From Balanoglossus misakiensis (Eukaryota; Animalia; Hemichordata), in NCBI GenBank assembly GCA_040954595.2, contig CM082576.2:3632760-3696759 (forward strand): a stretch of DNA of 64,000 bases. Direction: 5' to 3'. Under the pieces are notes generated by a model, which saw nothing but the letters and a program-made list of their open reading frames with translations, was not told the origin of the DNA and ran no database searches. Shown piece by piece: positions 1 through 14,252 of the stretch; positions within the stretch are counted from its first letter, which is position 1; each line of letters opens with the position of its first letter. The position numbers and the translations under genes are program-made.

Positions 1-3000
1 GTAACGGGCAGGTATACCCTATGGATGTTTCTTTGAATGATGGGAGTGTCGCAAGTCTACATTTTTGGCCAATGTTGGTGCCATCGTTTTAAGTCTACCA
101 AATGTTGGGCCAAAGGTCAAATGCAGAACCTAAAGTCAAAAATACATTTTATTAAAAGTCCCTTGACTAAAAGGCTACATGGGGTGACAGTGGGAGCCCG
201 GGGGTGTCAATACTATGGTACATAAATGTACATAATTTCAATGGGAGTGCCCGGGGGTTTTCCTCTTTGAACATCAAGGCAAATAAGCGGGTGCATATTG
301 GTGGACGAGCGATTGATCTTGACAATGCCATCTGTCAGTTAAGATGGTGATCAAGTATTGGGAGGAAAATCGTGGTCGCCGTGCATACATCTTACGGAGA
401 TATAGTCTTAGAGCTTTCTAGCACCAATATCAACGCGAAATACCAAATACCAACGAGAATAAGGCACCCAAACACTTTCTTGTCTGTGTGTTGTGCATCA
501 GCTGCAAGTTCTTTCAAGTGGCAACTGATGAGCAAATTTCACTTCTGGAAACAGGAAATAAACTCTCGGGGAAAAATGACCCGACGAAATTTTGAACCGG
601 AAAGCCATGAAGACAGCATCATTGCATGATCATATGATGACTCGATGAATCACCGCGTCCAAGACACGACTGTCATACTTGATGTGGTTCATTTCCATGA
701 CAACAGAGAGGACAATCTGGCGGTTTGAAGAGCGCGTAATTGTGGCAGCGGAAACAAGGTACAAGGCTGGTCCACCAACGCGTGACCTCTGACCCCGGTG
801 ATGAAGCGTGTGGATGAATCCGCTCGTCCCGCGCAGTCCAGGTGGAATTCGCTGATGGGTTAGTCACGCAACGTGACAAATAGAAAGAAGCCAGTCATTT
901 TAGCTTTTGTGTATTTAATTATCGGTCATTCTTTTAAACGCGGCCTTTCCTTGCAAATCAAAAATACGTGCAAAATACCACTGCGTATCATCCGTGCTTT
1001 TTAGCCGCAGGTTTAATCAAGTAAAAAAACAACCATTCAAAATGTGACAGGCTCTGATACAAAAAGATATATTGTTTACAAGACTTCATGTCGGATTCGA
1101 TCAAAAAACTTGAAGCGCACCCGGTCAATGACATTTCTAAACACACAACCAACACGTTCAACAAGGAGGCCATTATCACAAACTTGAACGAAATTAGCAC
1201 CGTTTGGCAAGAGATGTTGTACTTTACCCTTCGTAAAAAGGGGAAACTTGTAATATATCTGAATGGGCTGAGTTTTTGAAATGTAACATATCTGCTAATT
1301 GAAATGGACATCGTTCTGTGATCTGAACCCCCAACATTGTTTTCTGAGCCGAACGCATGTGGCGATCTTGCACGCCACAGCGCACGCTTCACATGTGCGT
1401 ATCATTTCTATACGCTCGCGTATTTGTACAATTTGTTGGTCGCCATTACGCGCGCGTGCAGGGTTTCCAAAGTAACCAAATCAACGACGAGTTTATTGGG
1501 GGTCTTTTGGGCGAAATTAGGAAAATAGCCGTTTAACCGGGCCGGGTAAACGAAGTAACAGTGGCCGCCCTAATCAAGTCACTTTACGGTTAAATCGAAT
1601 GTCGTTATGTGGTACGGGGAAGGACGAGGTGGCAGTGCAGAGCAGAGCCGGAGCGGCTCGACGTTTTTTTTGCGGGTTTGCGCTTTGTCGGGCTGAGCTC
1701 TCGATGTCAGACCGGCGTGGTCAGCGGAAGGTTTTCGGCGCGAAAGTCTCGATGTCTTCGTTTTAATATTTGTTTAAGACTTGTTTAATATTCGGCATGC
1801 CTAGCCCAGGGGGATAATTGATGCGTTGCATGACTAATAGATTGATGAAAGACTCAATGCTGCTGATGAGGGCGACACGGTGGTAATTTGAAGAAAAACT
1901 GAACAGAGCCGAGGTCTATTAGCGAGCTGCCACTCTTCATTTGTGAACCTTATTCTCAAGGGTGCCGTCTAATGTTTAGTCAAAAAATTACAGATTTTCT
2001 GAGAAGCCTCCATCCTGGAGTTTTTTCTCTCCTCCGCGCAGCCCTCGCCGGCGACCACTGCGCAAGTCCTCTTCGCGTCATTTGCATAATTGAAGGGGAG
2101 GGTGGCCCTGATCGGTAAAGCTTTTAAAAACCTGACGTGTCTGCCGTTTTCATGTAAATACAACTCCCAGTCGGCAGATTTTGTATCTCTCTGCGATGGT
2201 TTCGGAAGACGGGCTAATGGAGTGGCTAAAAAGCTTTTCCGATCCCTAGTTCTTACCGACAGTTCCACTGTTTCTCCCCATTTAGACACATTTAATCGTC
2301 GGCTTTGGTTGAATACCAGAACGGCCGCTCTCCTCATAGTGTCTGTCTGTCTCTCTCTCAGACGCGCATCTTGAACGGCCACTTCACGGACGCAACAAAA
2401 TGTCTGGGCAGAAAAAAATTCAAAAGCGGAGGGGGGGGGGTAATATGGGCGGTTTTGTACAGAACAGCACACAGACTCCATCGGAAATATTGTGGATGTT
2501 GTACACGGTTTGCTTTACGGGGTGCTATCCCTCTAAATACGCAAATCACATATACATGTACATTCGCAAATATATTCAAATTGAAGGTTTGGTCACGAAC
2601 AAATAGTAAATTAGTACAAGATATCTGCCAGATAATCCTACGTTTGTCCCTGGTTGTAAACTGTTTGACGGGGGTGAAAAGTTGATCTTTATGTCGCGTG
2701 GCAAGTTGTAGACTGGCTTACACCGCGCGATGCGCGCGTAAATAGGCAAGAACAAAGGCTCCCATAATGGTACAAAACACGGCCGCTTTGAGACCTCTTG
2801 CCTTTGTGCTCTTGTCAATAGCTCCATTAGTCTCTAACTGTCTCTTTTTAGCAGTTTAGAAAAATCTGTTGATCTGCTATCCCTCCCTTTCTTCACAACT
2901 GCCGCGATGTTATCCAGGGGAGAGAGAGAGAGAGAAAGGAGGAGAATGCTCGCCGTCATACAAAGACTATACGAACGCAATCCGACGTGGAACGACAAAA

Positions 3001-5057
3001 CCTTATATACATGTACACGGGCTGAGAATTGGCTGAGCGTCCAACGCATCCAGCGTGGCGCGTATATTTCACAATTGGTTTGACTGGTCGTGATTTCGTC
3101 TCTATCTCACCTGTAATCTAATAAGTCGTTATTAGAGGTTTCATTACAGTGATCACTCTTTTCTGGCTATTATCAAATGCAAACCATGCCCACTTGTACG
3201 TATCAATGCCAGTCTCCCACTCCGCTTTTATTGTATCAACCAAATGGGTAATACAATTGTGCCATTTTTAGTTGAATTCGCCATTAATAACAACCAAATC
3301 GCCGCTGTCAAGTGACGCGACGCGTGGTTTGTGTACGCCTCACCGTTTTGCATCGACACCTCCGCCGCTCCGCGCCACCGACGACGCCTAACCTCCAAAC
3401 TAAATGCGTCGAGAATCGGAAAAAGGATAAACTCGTCTCGTTTGTAGTGCCGGAATTTATTTTCTTCCGAATTTCAATAACAAGACAGGTTATGGGCAGA
3501 ATGTGTAATCATCATGATAGAATGACAAGATGAGTGAGTGTAAATTTTGCTAACATTACATAAGACCGAACTCTGCTAAGTGGCAGAAGTGTTTTTTTTT
3601 CTCTCTCTCACAAAATGCGTTTCCACCCATGTACTGAAATAAGACGCTTGTTTAAACACCTACACAAAGGTAAAACCAACAAACGACAAAAGGGAATGAA
3701 AGACTTGAATACTTTACAATCCGCTCATAGCGAGAAGGGAGAAAGGGATATTGTTATATGAGATATTTCAGTCCTGTGTTGTGGTTTTATCGATTAATAA
3801 TTTAGTATCATAGGTATTGCTCTTATTCACGTCTCCTTGTAGATATCATTAGTGAGCTTCTATATGCGTATGAATTGAACTGTATGGTGAAATTAGTTAT
3901 TTATTAAAAAGTCATCTACGTAATAGGTCTAAACGACACTATTGTTAAACCATTTCGTGTTATGATACCGTCACCTAACTAAGCTAAGTTTTTTGCACAT
4001 TTTACCAAAATGTAATTATCCCAAAATATTTCCAGTTGTGTTAATACATACGTCCATTTGTTTTAACAGAAGCACTTTAAGACTGAAACCCTCTCCGCAT
4101 TCTTTGAAGAAACTCTTCTGTAACGCTCTCAAAGAGAGCTTACACACTCTCAGAGATAGAGAGTGCAGTGTACACCTTCTAATAACAACTGATCCGAACA
4201 ACGAATGCGAGTGTCAGGCAGGCATCGCCATCCGTGAACTTGATTTCAATTTGTGTTTCGCCTTTGTGCCCTCAAATTACCGAGAATTGTCGGGTCACGG
4301 CGTCTAAAACCGAGATGAGGCCATTACAAATAGCCCCCTTTCCCCTGCAAGGCATAATAATCGATATGGTTTCTGCCCTGGGGGTGTCGCATCAGAGCTC
4401 GAAAGTTTTACACATGGCAGCAGCCGCGGATGTAATTTTGAGCGACACGACCTTCGCGTTCGTTTGCATAAATTTTCCCGCGTTGAAATTGTCCGGTCTG
4501 ATGTACATGCAAGGGTTTTCATTACTCGTTTACCAAGCTACCTCTGCCCGTATCCAACTAAAAACATCTCCCCGTGGGGCTCCAAGGTGCCTTCAAATGG
4601 CACACTCACATTTGTTATCGCCTAAGTATATAAAAAAATCGGAAATTGCATTTTTCTGCTAATGCTTTTTATTATTAGACGCAAAGATCTGTCCTGTAGC
4701 CATGTTTTGTTTCTACACAATGTAAGTCTGTTAGCACCGAATTTAGAAAATGATTTTTAATCGCAGTTTCTGCGGTAAAATCTCAAGGCTTCCGAGGTTT
4801 CCTAAACGTATCTTAAGACAGGAGGGCGGTGTTTTTATTCAGACTTTCTATCATATGTTAGATATTGTGGTAACTATACATTTATCAAATTTGTGTTTAC
4901 TCAACATGACATCACACTTAGGCTGTGAATGTAGACCACCCCTTGACAACTTAAGAACTTTGTCGCAATGCCGGACAACCCATTTTTCATTTTTGAAATC
5001 GACACGTGATGTTATTCTCAATTGACATTTTATGTACATCTTTTGTACCTCTTTCAG

Positions 5058-5423
5058 GTTTGGTTTCAGAACCGGCGAGCCAAGTACCGCAAGCAAGAGA
5101 AGCAACTAGCCAAGTCACTGTCGCCGGTCATCCCGACATGCAACGGGATGATGCGCAACATCTACCCGACTACCTCGACGCGCGGTTACCAGTACCCGCA
5201 CAACATGAACACGGTCAGTCCGCGATACCCACAGATGACGTCGTCCGCCTACGCGCCAGTGGCCCAGTTCTCGCCGATGGCGCCGGCCACCAACATGGGC
5301 ATGAGGAATGACATGTCGCATGAGGATGAGTGGTATAACAAAAGCCTATCAGCATTAAGGATGAACTCCACCGTTTCCACACACCACAATCTCTCGGCAC
5401 CCATGCTTCAGTACCAGACGTAA
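5058..5423 (+). CDS. Prop: Terminal exon of a paired-class (Q50) homeobox gene, Prop/unc-42/CG32532 family; upstream exons not found in this window
   Basis: Acceptor ctctttcag|GTT at 5057/5058, the conserved intron position just before VWFQNRRAKYRKQE (helix 3). The tail KQEKQLAKSLSPVIPTCNGMMRN...EWYNKSLSALRMN...APMLQYQT* matches my recollection of invertebrate Prop orthologs. Confidence 0.85.
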   Translation, partial: VWFQNRRAKYRKQEKQLAKSLSPVIPTCNGMMRNIYPTTSTRGYQYPHNMNTVSPRYPQMTSSAYAPVAQFSPMAPATNMGMRNDMSHEDEWYNKSLSALRMNSTVSTHHNLSAPMLQYQT

Positions 5424-8400
5424 ATACATAATAGACTTCGAGATGCAGAAATTCAACAGCGATCCGTCACGACCAAACCACATTGAATATGATAAAAAAA
5501 GTTACCAACGACAAGTGGAGACACTGTTATGTAAATAACATAATGTTGAAATTGACAAGACTTTTTTTCCGCACCAGACAATTTGTTATACCATTGTTGA
5601 TTTGTTTTAAAAGTCACTCTTTTAAGTTCGGACTGTACATGCATGACATGGTCGACCAAGGAACGCCATTTATATGAATATATATTGGGGTTTACGGGAG
5701 AGAGCGAAGTTTTAACCTCTGGTAATCGAATCTTTTTCGCTAAAACGAACAGGCAAAAGTACGGCTGTCTAGTTTGCTATGTTAACAAGCCAATTCCATT
5801 GCCGTAATCGCTGCACAGGGTTTCTGAAATAACTTTGTAGGCGCATCTGCTGACCTTCGCCCCCTTCGGGCCCTTTGCCACTGCATGCTGAGGTTTCTCG
5901 CGACGGCAATTACCGTTGATGCGACGACGCGAAGATCCTCACTTTAAAAATGCCACACCAATCTGTGGCTATGGTAATTGGCTCATTTGGAGAGTCAGTC
6001 CGTTTTGGCGGGCTTTTAATTTCGATCAGGTGTGAAGGCGGTTGAGCAGTGTTTGTTACAGTGATTACGGAACCCCCACGTCACTTTTGCTTTTCCCGAT
6101 CCCACAAACCTGATTACACGATAAGCTGATGTCCAATATCGGCGCAACGAGACACCCGTAATCATTTCACCTTGCCAACGGTCGCGTTGCCACACTTCCG
6201 TCGGAATTCGTTTTCTGTCGTATTCAAGACGACACGTATTATGTGTTTTGGGTTATGTGTGATTGAAAATAATTTATTCCTGAGGAGAATGGCCAGATTA
6301 ATTAATTATATTTCCGTGTATATTTTGGAAGGGCGTGCACATTTTCCTGGTGCCGTCCTTCGTGAGTGCATTTTTTAATTGTCTGAAAAAAACTTTTCTT
6401 GCTTGATGTTGCACTTTGTCAGTGTCCGAGTTTATGTCTATTTTTGACACGATGGCGCAGACGGACCACCACTACCTCATCATGTTAAGATGTACCTTGC
6501 TCTGTTTTGATTTTCCACTGTTCATTTTGGCGATAAAGTAAGGGTCATGGGTCATTCATGCCTCCATTATTATACACCTGGCGTAAAAAAACGTTGGCTG
6601 TCAAATTTTCGCGCGAAATGTCGTGAAGAGAGAATGATGTCTCGTTGAAATCGGGAAGACGCTTTAGCTACAAAAAACCTGACTTAATGCAACAGTGATA
6701 TTCTTTGGCGATCTGAAAATGATAATCATCATGCGACTATACAATGTGTCGGACACAAACACCATAGCGTATACTCACGTTGATGAAGAGTCACTCTGTT
6801 TCGAGTAGCGACTTTTGGTTTACCAAGTCACTCGGGTGTGGTTCGTTCGGCCAATAACTAAACTTGTATTGTACGGTGTATATTTCTTGCAACCGTGGTT
6901 GGCCCAGCCTCTGTGTAGGTGTCAAAACGCTTGACATTTTCTATAACGACTTCATTTTGCTGTGACATACTCACCGGTCTAATTTAAATGTTAAAGTGAG
7001 TGAAATCTGGGACTACGTTAAGGTGTATGACGTCACTGGTTCATTTGGCCCAGCAACCGTTGATCTAGATCTGACCTGGGGGTGTTTTTTAAACACAGTT
7101 GCGCACTTACCAGCGAACGGCGTGCACCGAAATGAACAATCGAGTATGTTTCCACACCAAAATTGAGTCGCTGTGCAAATTTTGAATGAAAAATAACGAA
7201 CAGATTACCGACAAAACGGTCACGGGCCTTTCACAGAAGTATTACGTCAGTGAACATTCCTGTTCGAAGGAATGTAACGCACCTGGCCTTTAACACCTCT
7301 CAGTTTTCACCATTTCAGCGTATGAATAATTAACGTCAAGATACTTTCACTTTTACATAGCAAACAGCTGCAGGCTTGCGCATGCCTGTCGTGTTCGCCG
7401 GAAATTCTGAAGCAGGTGACAAATTTTGGCGGGAATAAATATGACCTTTCTATCAAAACAAAAGAAAATTTGGATCAATTGAGCCACTCTATTGTGTATC
7501 TAAACCCACTTTATAAAATGCACCAGTGATTTCATCCACATTTAGTCTATTAGTGAATATAGTGTACATCTGATCTTAGGCTCACATTGTCTTTGTGAAT
7601 AAACTTTAAGCATTTTTGTCTGGAATTTGTCTCGTGTGTGTTTTATTGGGTGTCAAAGGTGACTGTTTTTGTCAAAGTTTCGATATGGCAGAAAAAAGCC
7701 TCTGATGAATTCAAACTACACGAAACACGTCTAAAGCGAACATAGTGTATATGCATACCAACTTCTCGTATGACAGATGAAAATCTTATTTGACGGACTG
7801 GCTCGGGTTTCTTGGAAAAAGGCCAATTTCCCTTTTAATCGGAATTAAATGTCAAGGTTATATTATCCTACAAAAAATTTAAAGTCAGTCAGTAATAGCG
7901 TTTTGTTAGTGTCTTCGCAACATAGACGGTGTATAGGCTTGGATGCGTAAATCTTATCGGAGCAAGCGCAAAGGCCACCCTTTAATGGTACTATATATAC
8001 CTGCGATCAGAAAGTATCTCCACGACAGGGGCCAAATGTCAGTACACGTCCACGTCACAAGCCCACCAGAATGCATTCAATCATCCGCGTACACTGAATT
8101 CGATTTCCAAGAGTTTGACTTAGTAGTTTCTGGTCGGAAATAAAGTTAAGACAAGCAATATACGTATAAGCGAATAAATAACGCACTTTTAGGTGATTGT
8201 TTCAAATGCGTCTCACGATGCATACACCTCTCGCCGCTGTTCCACAGTTCACCTCTGCCACTCAGTGTCGCTCACCAAGAAAAGGATTTAATTGTGTCTA
8301 ACATTTTTTCCTCACTTAAATGCGACCAAATGTCTTGTACCAAGAAACGCCGTTACATATAAATGGACCTATAGCTAGCAGCATATCAACATGGATATTA

Positions 8401-11400
8401 ACATATTGCCCCCGAGTAACTGGCAAGTTCAACGGCATCGGTTCGTCTCAGCGGAGAGCGGTAAAAGTGGTCGTCCTGAACGTCCTTGTACGTTCACCGG
8501 TTCATTTTCATGTTTTCCTTGTTGTGTTGAAGGAAAACTCGGTCATGGAAGGGAAAATGTGTCACGCACCTACTTGGTTTCGGTTATCATAAGTCCATGT
8601 TTGAATTAGACGACCTGTAGGCAACTCTGAACATAACCTTTGCAATCTACCCAATTATATTACAAGTACAGGGAGAAGCTATATATAGTTGACACACGGA
8701 GAACTTCAACAAAATAGCCAAAATGTCTTTAACATTTAGACAGAATGCCAGAAGTGAATTGTTTTCGAGCAGAGATCGTTTTCACCTGGACGTGTTCAGT
8801 CTCATCAGGCATTCTTTTAGGCGACAAGCTCAACTGATGCGAATACTAGAAAAATGACACGGGAATATTGTGACATGTTATTTGCAAAACACTGAAGCGT
8901 TTATATCACGCAAAGCTTGAAACAGGCCCTCTTTTAACGCCGTTGAATATACAAGCATTAATAAATTTACAACATGACTTTTCAATTGGAATGCAGTCGC
9001 CGATACGAAATGTATATTGTATGTGGACGTGGGAGAGAAAGAGAGTGAGAGAGAGAGAAAGCCTATCCCCGCGTGCACACATGCTCATCTAGACATGAAC
9101 ACGCTGTAAAGCTAACACCGTTCCATTTGGATTCCCAGCGGAAGGGCCCAAGTGAGACTCGGCAGACTCGAGTACATCTCTCACAAACTCCCAGCACGGC
9201 GTCAAAAAACCCCGATGCAAAGAGGATGAGCGTGAGCGGATAGGCTTTGTTGTGTGTATACCGATTGCACTCCAAACATTTCAGAGCACCGTTGAACATC
9301 CCAGCGCGGACTCGAAAACATGCTCGCATTCGTGTCGTTTTACTCCGATCAGATAAATAAACGATGATGCATGGCCGGGCGCGGCGAAGAGTAATAGCAA
9401 GCCCATACCCTATAGGAAAGGGATGGCGAAAGTAGAAACGAGCAGGAAAAAAAAGTTTTAAGAAGTGTAGCCGTCAATTTAACATTAAACAGTATTCGCG
9501 TGTCAAAGTCCGCGCTATCCCCTAGTCTTATAACCAGATGCAAAATTTCCAGCTGTATTCTTCAAAGAATGGGTTTATAACTAAAGTTTCATCTATGCAT
9601 TAAGGGGAAATTCATGTTAACTTGACATATTTATCTGTGCTTAAAATTTGTTCTGTATCCGCAGGTAAAAAAACATGGGGTTAATTCTCAGTTTCATTGA
9701 AATGTGTGAAAAATATTCTGCCTGTCGACATTCGATTTCATTACGCCTGAGAGGGGACTCATTCAAGTAGTATTATTTATTTAGAGGCTTCATCAACTTG
9801 ATCCCGGCTCTCAAGAACACACCGCTGTTCAAAATAATAAAGTTTAGCGTAATATTATTTGTAAAACTCTACTGTGATCTCGCAGTTGTGATGGAAATTC
9901 ACAATATATAGGGCGCTCGCGCGATTTTACGGAGACGGGCTCAGTGCCGTGATGATAATAATCCACGTCACATGTCCTTCGCGTCACGTGGAGCGACTCG
10001 TTTAAGCTGTGAAACAGACACGGGCGTATTGGCTGACGAACACACGGCAGTTGGAGAGAGAGAGAGAAAAAGTGTTTTTACAAGTCATGCGCAAACAGCA
10101 ACTCATCGCCCTGTCCTCTCGCAGCGGAGATTGAAGCAAATTTAGCGAAGCGTGTAAACCCTTCCCGCGCATCCTTTTTGTTCGCTTGACAAGAAAATTG
10201 AAAGCTTTATGGAGCGGAAAAATAGCCCTGGCTGATTACAACATGGTTTTGTGCGACCAAGTCATAGAGAGATAGATGCAAATCAGAGAGCGTTGAGGGA
10301 TCAGAAACGATTGGATTACATTGGTGTTACAACCTGTAAATACTATAAAGGGTTTTGACGAACGATTCGGACGTATTCACCCTTTGCAATCATTCCCATA
10401 TCAAACGAATATAAAGGTCGACTACAAACTAGAATGCGCGTCTAATTTTAACTTCGTTGCCTGACCAAACACTGTTACATTTCATACGGTCTCTAACATC
10501 AGACCATTTTTTCATGGCAGTAGAGGAGACGAAGCGCATATTTTCTTCTCTTTTAAACTGCACCTTCCAAAGTACGACAGCCGACTCGGCAGCATCGCAC
10601 AGAAAGCACATTTGCATATGTTTTAATGACCTGAACACAGCCAGGATGTCAACCGTCTGACCAATCAAAGCCAATTAAGCCATCTCTGTATGACTGAACG
10701 TATTTTAAATATTTAATGCCGGGTCTGTCAGGGCGTCATGACGTTCGGTCTCTTGATAAGACAGGGCCCGTCAGTCCATATGCATCCATGGCATCTTAGT
10801 CTTCGCGCCAAGGGGAAGCTTTGTGTTTATCTCATTGACTTGTATTATGTCCGTAATATATGGGCAATTCGGTACGTGAAGTAAGGTGTATGGCATAACT
10901 GAGCTATAGTTTGTATAAAAGGAAAGGTGACAAATTAAACATTGCAGGTAGATTTTGAATATTTTTTCTTGAATGAGGAGCTATATCATAAATCCTAACT
11001 GTCGCTAAAGTCTATTGTACCACAGCGAACAGAAACTGCGCACTATTTTTGTTTCAGTTGAGGGCAAAGTCTTCAATTCGTTTCAAGCAATCGTGGCGGG
11101 ATTGAGAAAACACGCACCATGTGTTCCAAGCGAATTCATCCGAATGTCGTCAAGTTCATTAACCTTGAGCGTTAATTACACATTGTGATCCGTTGCCATC
11201 GACGCATTCTCATTTCTTATTTAATAACAACTCCCCAGAGACCCTTCGCACATGAAATGCTGGAGAGAATTCAGTCGTCACTTAATGTTGCAAACTTCAA
11301 ATTCCCCTGGCAGATATGTTTTGTTCAGATCAAGTGTATAGAAAAATTACATGGTTCAAAATTCAAAAGGACTCCCGCAGAAATCCGAAATCTAGATGCA

Positions 11401-13121
11401 AATGTATATCATTCTACAGCGATGTTCTTGATGACAGGTAAGACTTTTTACGGACTTTCGAGAGAATGAAGTTGAGAAAAGAGATAGCGAGAGAGGGGGG
11501 AGAGGGGGGGGGGGAGGGGGAGAAGCCAGAAACTGCCGAGGCAGCCAAACTTTGTGACGCAACAAATGCAAGATCACATCTCTGATGATTTCACTTAATG
11601 AATAGCCTATAGCACTGCAATGTCTATAATCAACGATGCTAATTTCATGTAAAGTGGTGTTTTTTTCAGGTTAACAACTATAATTAAGACCATTTCAAAT
11701 TATAGCGATTATCTTAAAATCTCTTTCGTAATCGTAATAATCAGGCGTCTTGTTGAAGAGGGGACATTGTTCCCACTTTAGATTGCCACATTGTCTTTTC
11801 ATAAATGAGAAAATTAAGCAAATCGTCCGTGAAACTGTTTACTGGTAAATTTATTTACACAGCATGTTCGATGTAACCACAAGGGGGCGCTCAGCTTTGA
11901 TAAAGGGAGATAACCTCTTATACTCATATTATTAACTCTTTTCGTGAACGCTGGAGTGAAAAATCGACAACGATGACGGTGTCGATGGCAATGAAAGGTT
12001 GGTAATTGGCTACAGAATAAAAAGAACAATCACGTATTCATTTAAATACTAATATAGATGTATACTTTTTGGTCGTTCATTGTACTTTTACTGATATCGT
12101 ATTTCAGCTGCAATTTCTTGATGGATTAACAAAAGCACAATGAAATGTGAATACATGATATGTCATCAAGATTTTCAGCCATATTCAGAGACAGGAAAAT
12201 GTTGAGGGCGCCAATAAAGAAGCCACCACAACCACAAATTCTGATTTATGATTTATGGCGTTGGTGGCGATATACATCACCTCGGCTTGCCAGAACCTGC
12301 CGATATTTCATGGAAAGTGGGCTAAGCACCCGCCTTTTGGGCCTATGTGCAAATTTGTTTTGTTGAAGTTCTTACAACATCTTCTGAAACTATTTCAGCT
12401 TTTTACGTGCAGACACAGTCTCACCCGTGACACGACCTGTTCATATTAGTTTAATTTCTCATTTACAATGAGATGGTTGATTACATATTGCGTTTCGATA
12501 CTATATAACTGGAAATATACTTTTGGTGAGGTTTTGCAGCTTATCAGTGGCATCAAGCAGACTGATTCGCTACAATAAAGCTGCATGGTTTGAGTGCGAC
12601 TATAAAATCAGGTAAGCTGGGGAGTCCACTCAAGTTAACCTTTGAACTACGAACTCGGGTCGCCGGATAAATAACAAGGGCACTAGCTCACCTCTGACGG
12701 TCAGAAATCGACGGAAAAACTCCATAATAAGCAGAGAAAGGCATCCACAAACGTTACTTCACACATCCGTACACCTGGGGCCAACATGCCCCGCTCGATT
12801 AAACATTGACAGGTGAGTATCCAACGCGTGCATACATATTTGATAGCCACTTATACACGAAACAAAGGAATTTGGAACTCCTACCTCTGTGAGTCTGTCA
12901 TCATCATCATGGCAAAAAGGGATATTGATAACCACCCAGGGTAGATGCATGGTCCATCCAATCTCGGATCGCGAAGCCCCACTGATGCAACGGGAATATT
13001 AACGTTCATGTATTTGTTGTTTTATCGCACAGATGAAAGTTTGATTGTTGTCGATGGTTCTGCATCCCTGAGACAGGAAGCAAGTGTGAGGAGGGGAGAT
13101 TCAGCTTCATGGGCTGCAGCA

Positions 13122-14252
13122 ATGACACGACTCCGACGATCGCACATCAAGAAGTTGTTCAAGAAACGGCGGTATGTTGTCGTGGTCTTGCTGCTTGGCT
13201 CAGTTATTGTGTCGACTGCGATCCTCTTCATGTCAGATAAAGGTCACACCAACCTGAACGACAACTTTGTCCTGTCCTCTAAGCTGCAGTTGGCACCCAG
13301 CATTGACCGCATACTCCTCGACATCGATGTGGTCAGAGAGAGGATGAACGTCCTCCAGCTCAATAGGAGTAACGCCCCTGTCAAGCCAAACTCCGATCTA
13401 CCTCTTGACCTGAGCAGAACGTGGAACGAGACCAGAATCATTTACAACCGTGTCGACAAGAGTGGCAGCCGAAGTCTGTTGTACACCTTTCGACGACTGC
13501 GCGTGACAAATGGCTTCATTCACAACCAAAGCACAGTGTACTTGAAACCAAACCTGACCCTGAGTGAGCAGAGGGACTTTGTGGCTGAAATCCACGCATT
13601 GAAGCCGCCGTTTATTTTCGACCGGCACATACACTTTGTTGATTTTGATCTCTTTGGTGCCAAAGCACCATCGTGGATCAATTTGATCAGAGAGCCCCTT
13701 CCACGTCTCGTCTCCAGGTATTATTTCAAGAGATACGGTGATGAATTTCAGCAGGGACCGAGAATGGGATTCAACGGCACTGAAGAAGACATCAACAGAT
13801 CTTTTGATGACTGTGTCTTGCTGGACAAGTACGAATGCTCCGAGGAAGGTGCTTTCTTAACCATTCCATACTTTTGTGGACAGGAAAAGGCTTGCCAGAG
13901 TCCAAGTCGCTGGGCGCTTGAGAAAGCTAAACGAAACGTAGTGGAAAAATTTGCTTTCGTTGGGGTTCTTGAAGACTTTAACAGCACCCTCCTTGTTTTG
14001 GACAAAATGTTCCCCCAGTTTTTCAAGGGACTCTTCCGAACCTACAAGCATGTCAAGTACAAAGTTTTCAGGTACAGGTCAACGACCAAGATGGAAACCT
14101 CATCAGTTGCCAGGGCGATCATGAGGTCCCGACTCGGTCTTGAATATGAATTTTATGATTTTGTCAGAGAGAGGCTGGAAATGATCAAGGAGCAGTTTGG
14201 TATCTCGTCCGTGTCACCGGATGAAAATCCAATCAAGGATGAAGTAACTTAG
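13122..14252 (+). CDS. UST: Uronyl 2-O-sulfotransferase-like Golgi type II membrane protein, paralog 1 (intronless CDS)
   Basis: Likely start MTRLRR at 13122, downstream of an acceptor near 13032; basic N-terminus and TM segment (YVVVVLLLGSVIVSTAILF); 5'-PSB YNRVDKSGSRS, RHIHF, 3'-PB REPLPRLVSRYYFKRYGD, PYFCGQ, VGVLED. Motifs are closer to UST than to HS2ST. Confidence 0.85.
   Translation: MTRLRRSHIKKLFKKRRYVVVVLLLGSVIVSTAILFMSDKGHTNLNDNFVLSSKLQLAPSIDRILLDIDVVRERMNVLQLNRSNAPVKPNSDLPLDLSRTWNETRIIYNRVDKSGSRSLLYTFRRLRVTNGFIHNQSTVYLKPNLTLSEQRDFVAEIHALKPPFIFDRHIHFVDFDLFGAKAPSWINLIREPLPRLVSRYYFKRYGDEFQQGPRMGFNGTEEDINRSFDDCVLLDKYECSEEGAFLTIPYFCGQEKACQSPSRWALEKAKRNVVEKFAFVGVLEDFNSTLLVLDKMFPQFFKGLFRTYKHVKYKVFRYRSTTKMETSSVARAIMRSRLGLEYEFYDFVRERLEMIKEQFGISSVSPDENPIKDEVT

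Noticed and set aside
12945-13121. 59-aa N-terminal extension of sulfotransferase 1 in the ORF track
   Set aside because: Crosses a pyrimidine tract and acceptor near 13032; the type II membrane topology fits a start at 13122.
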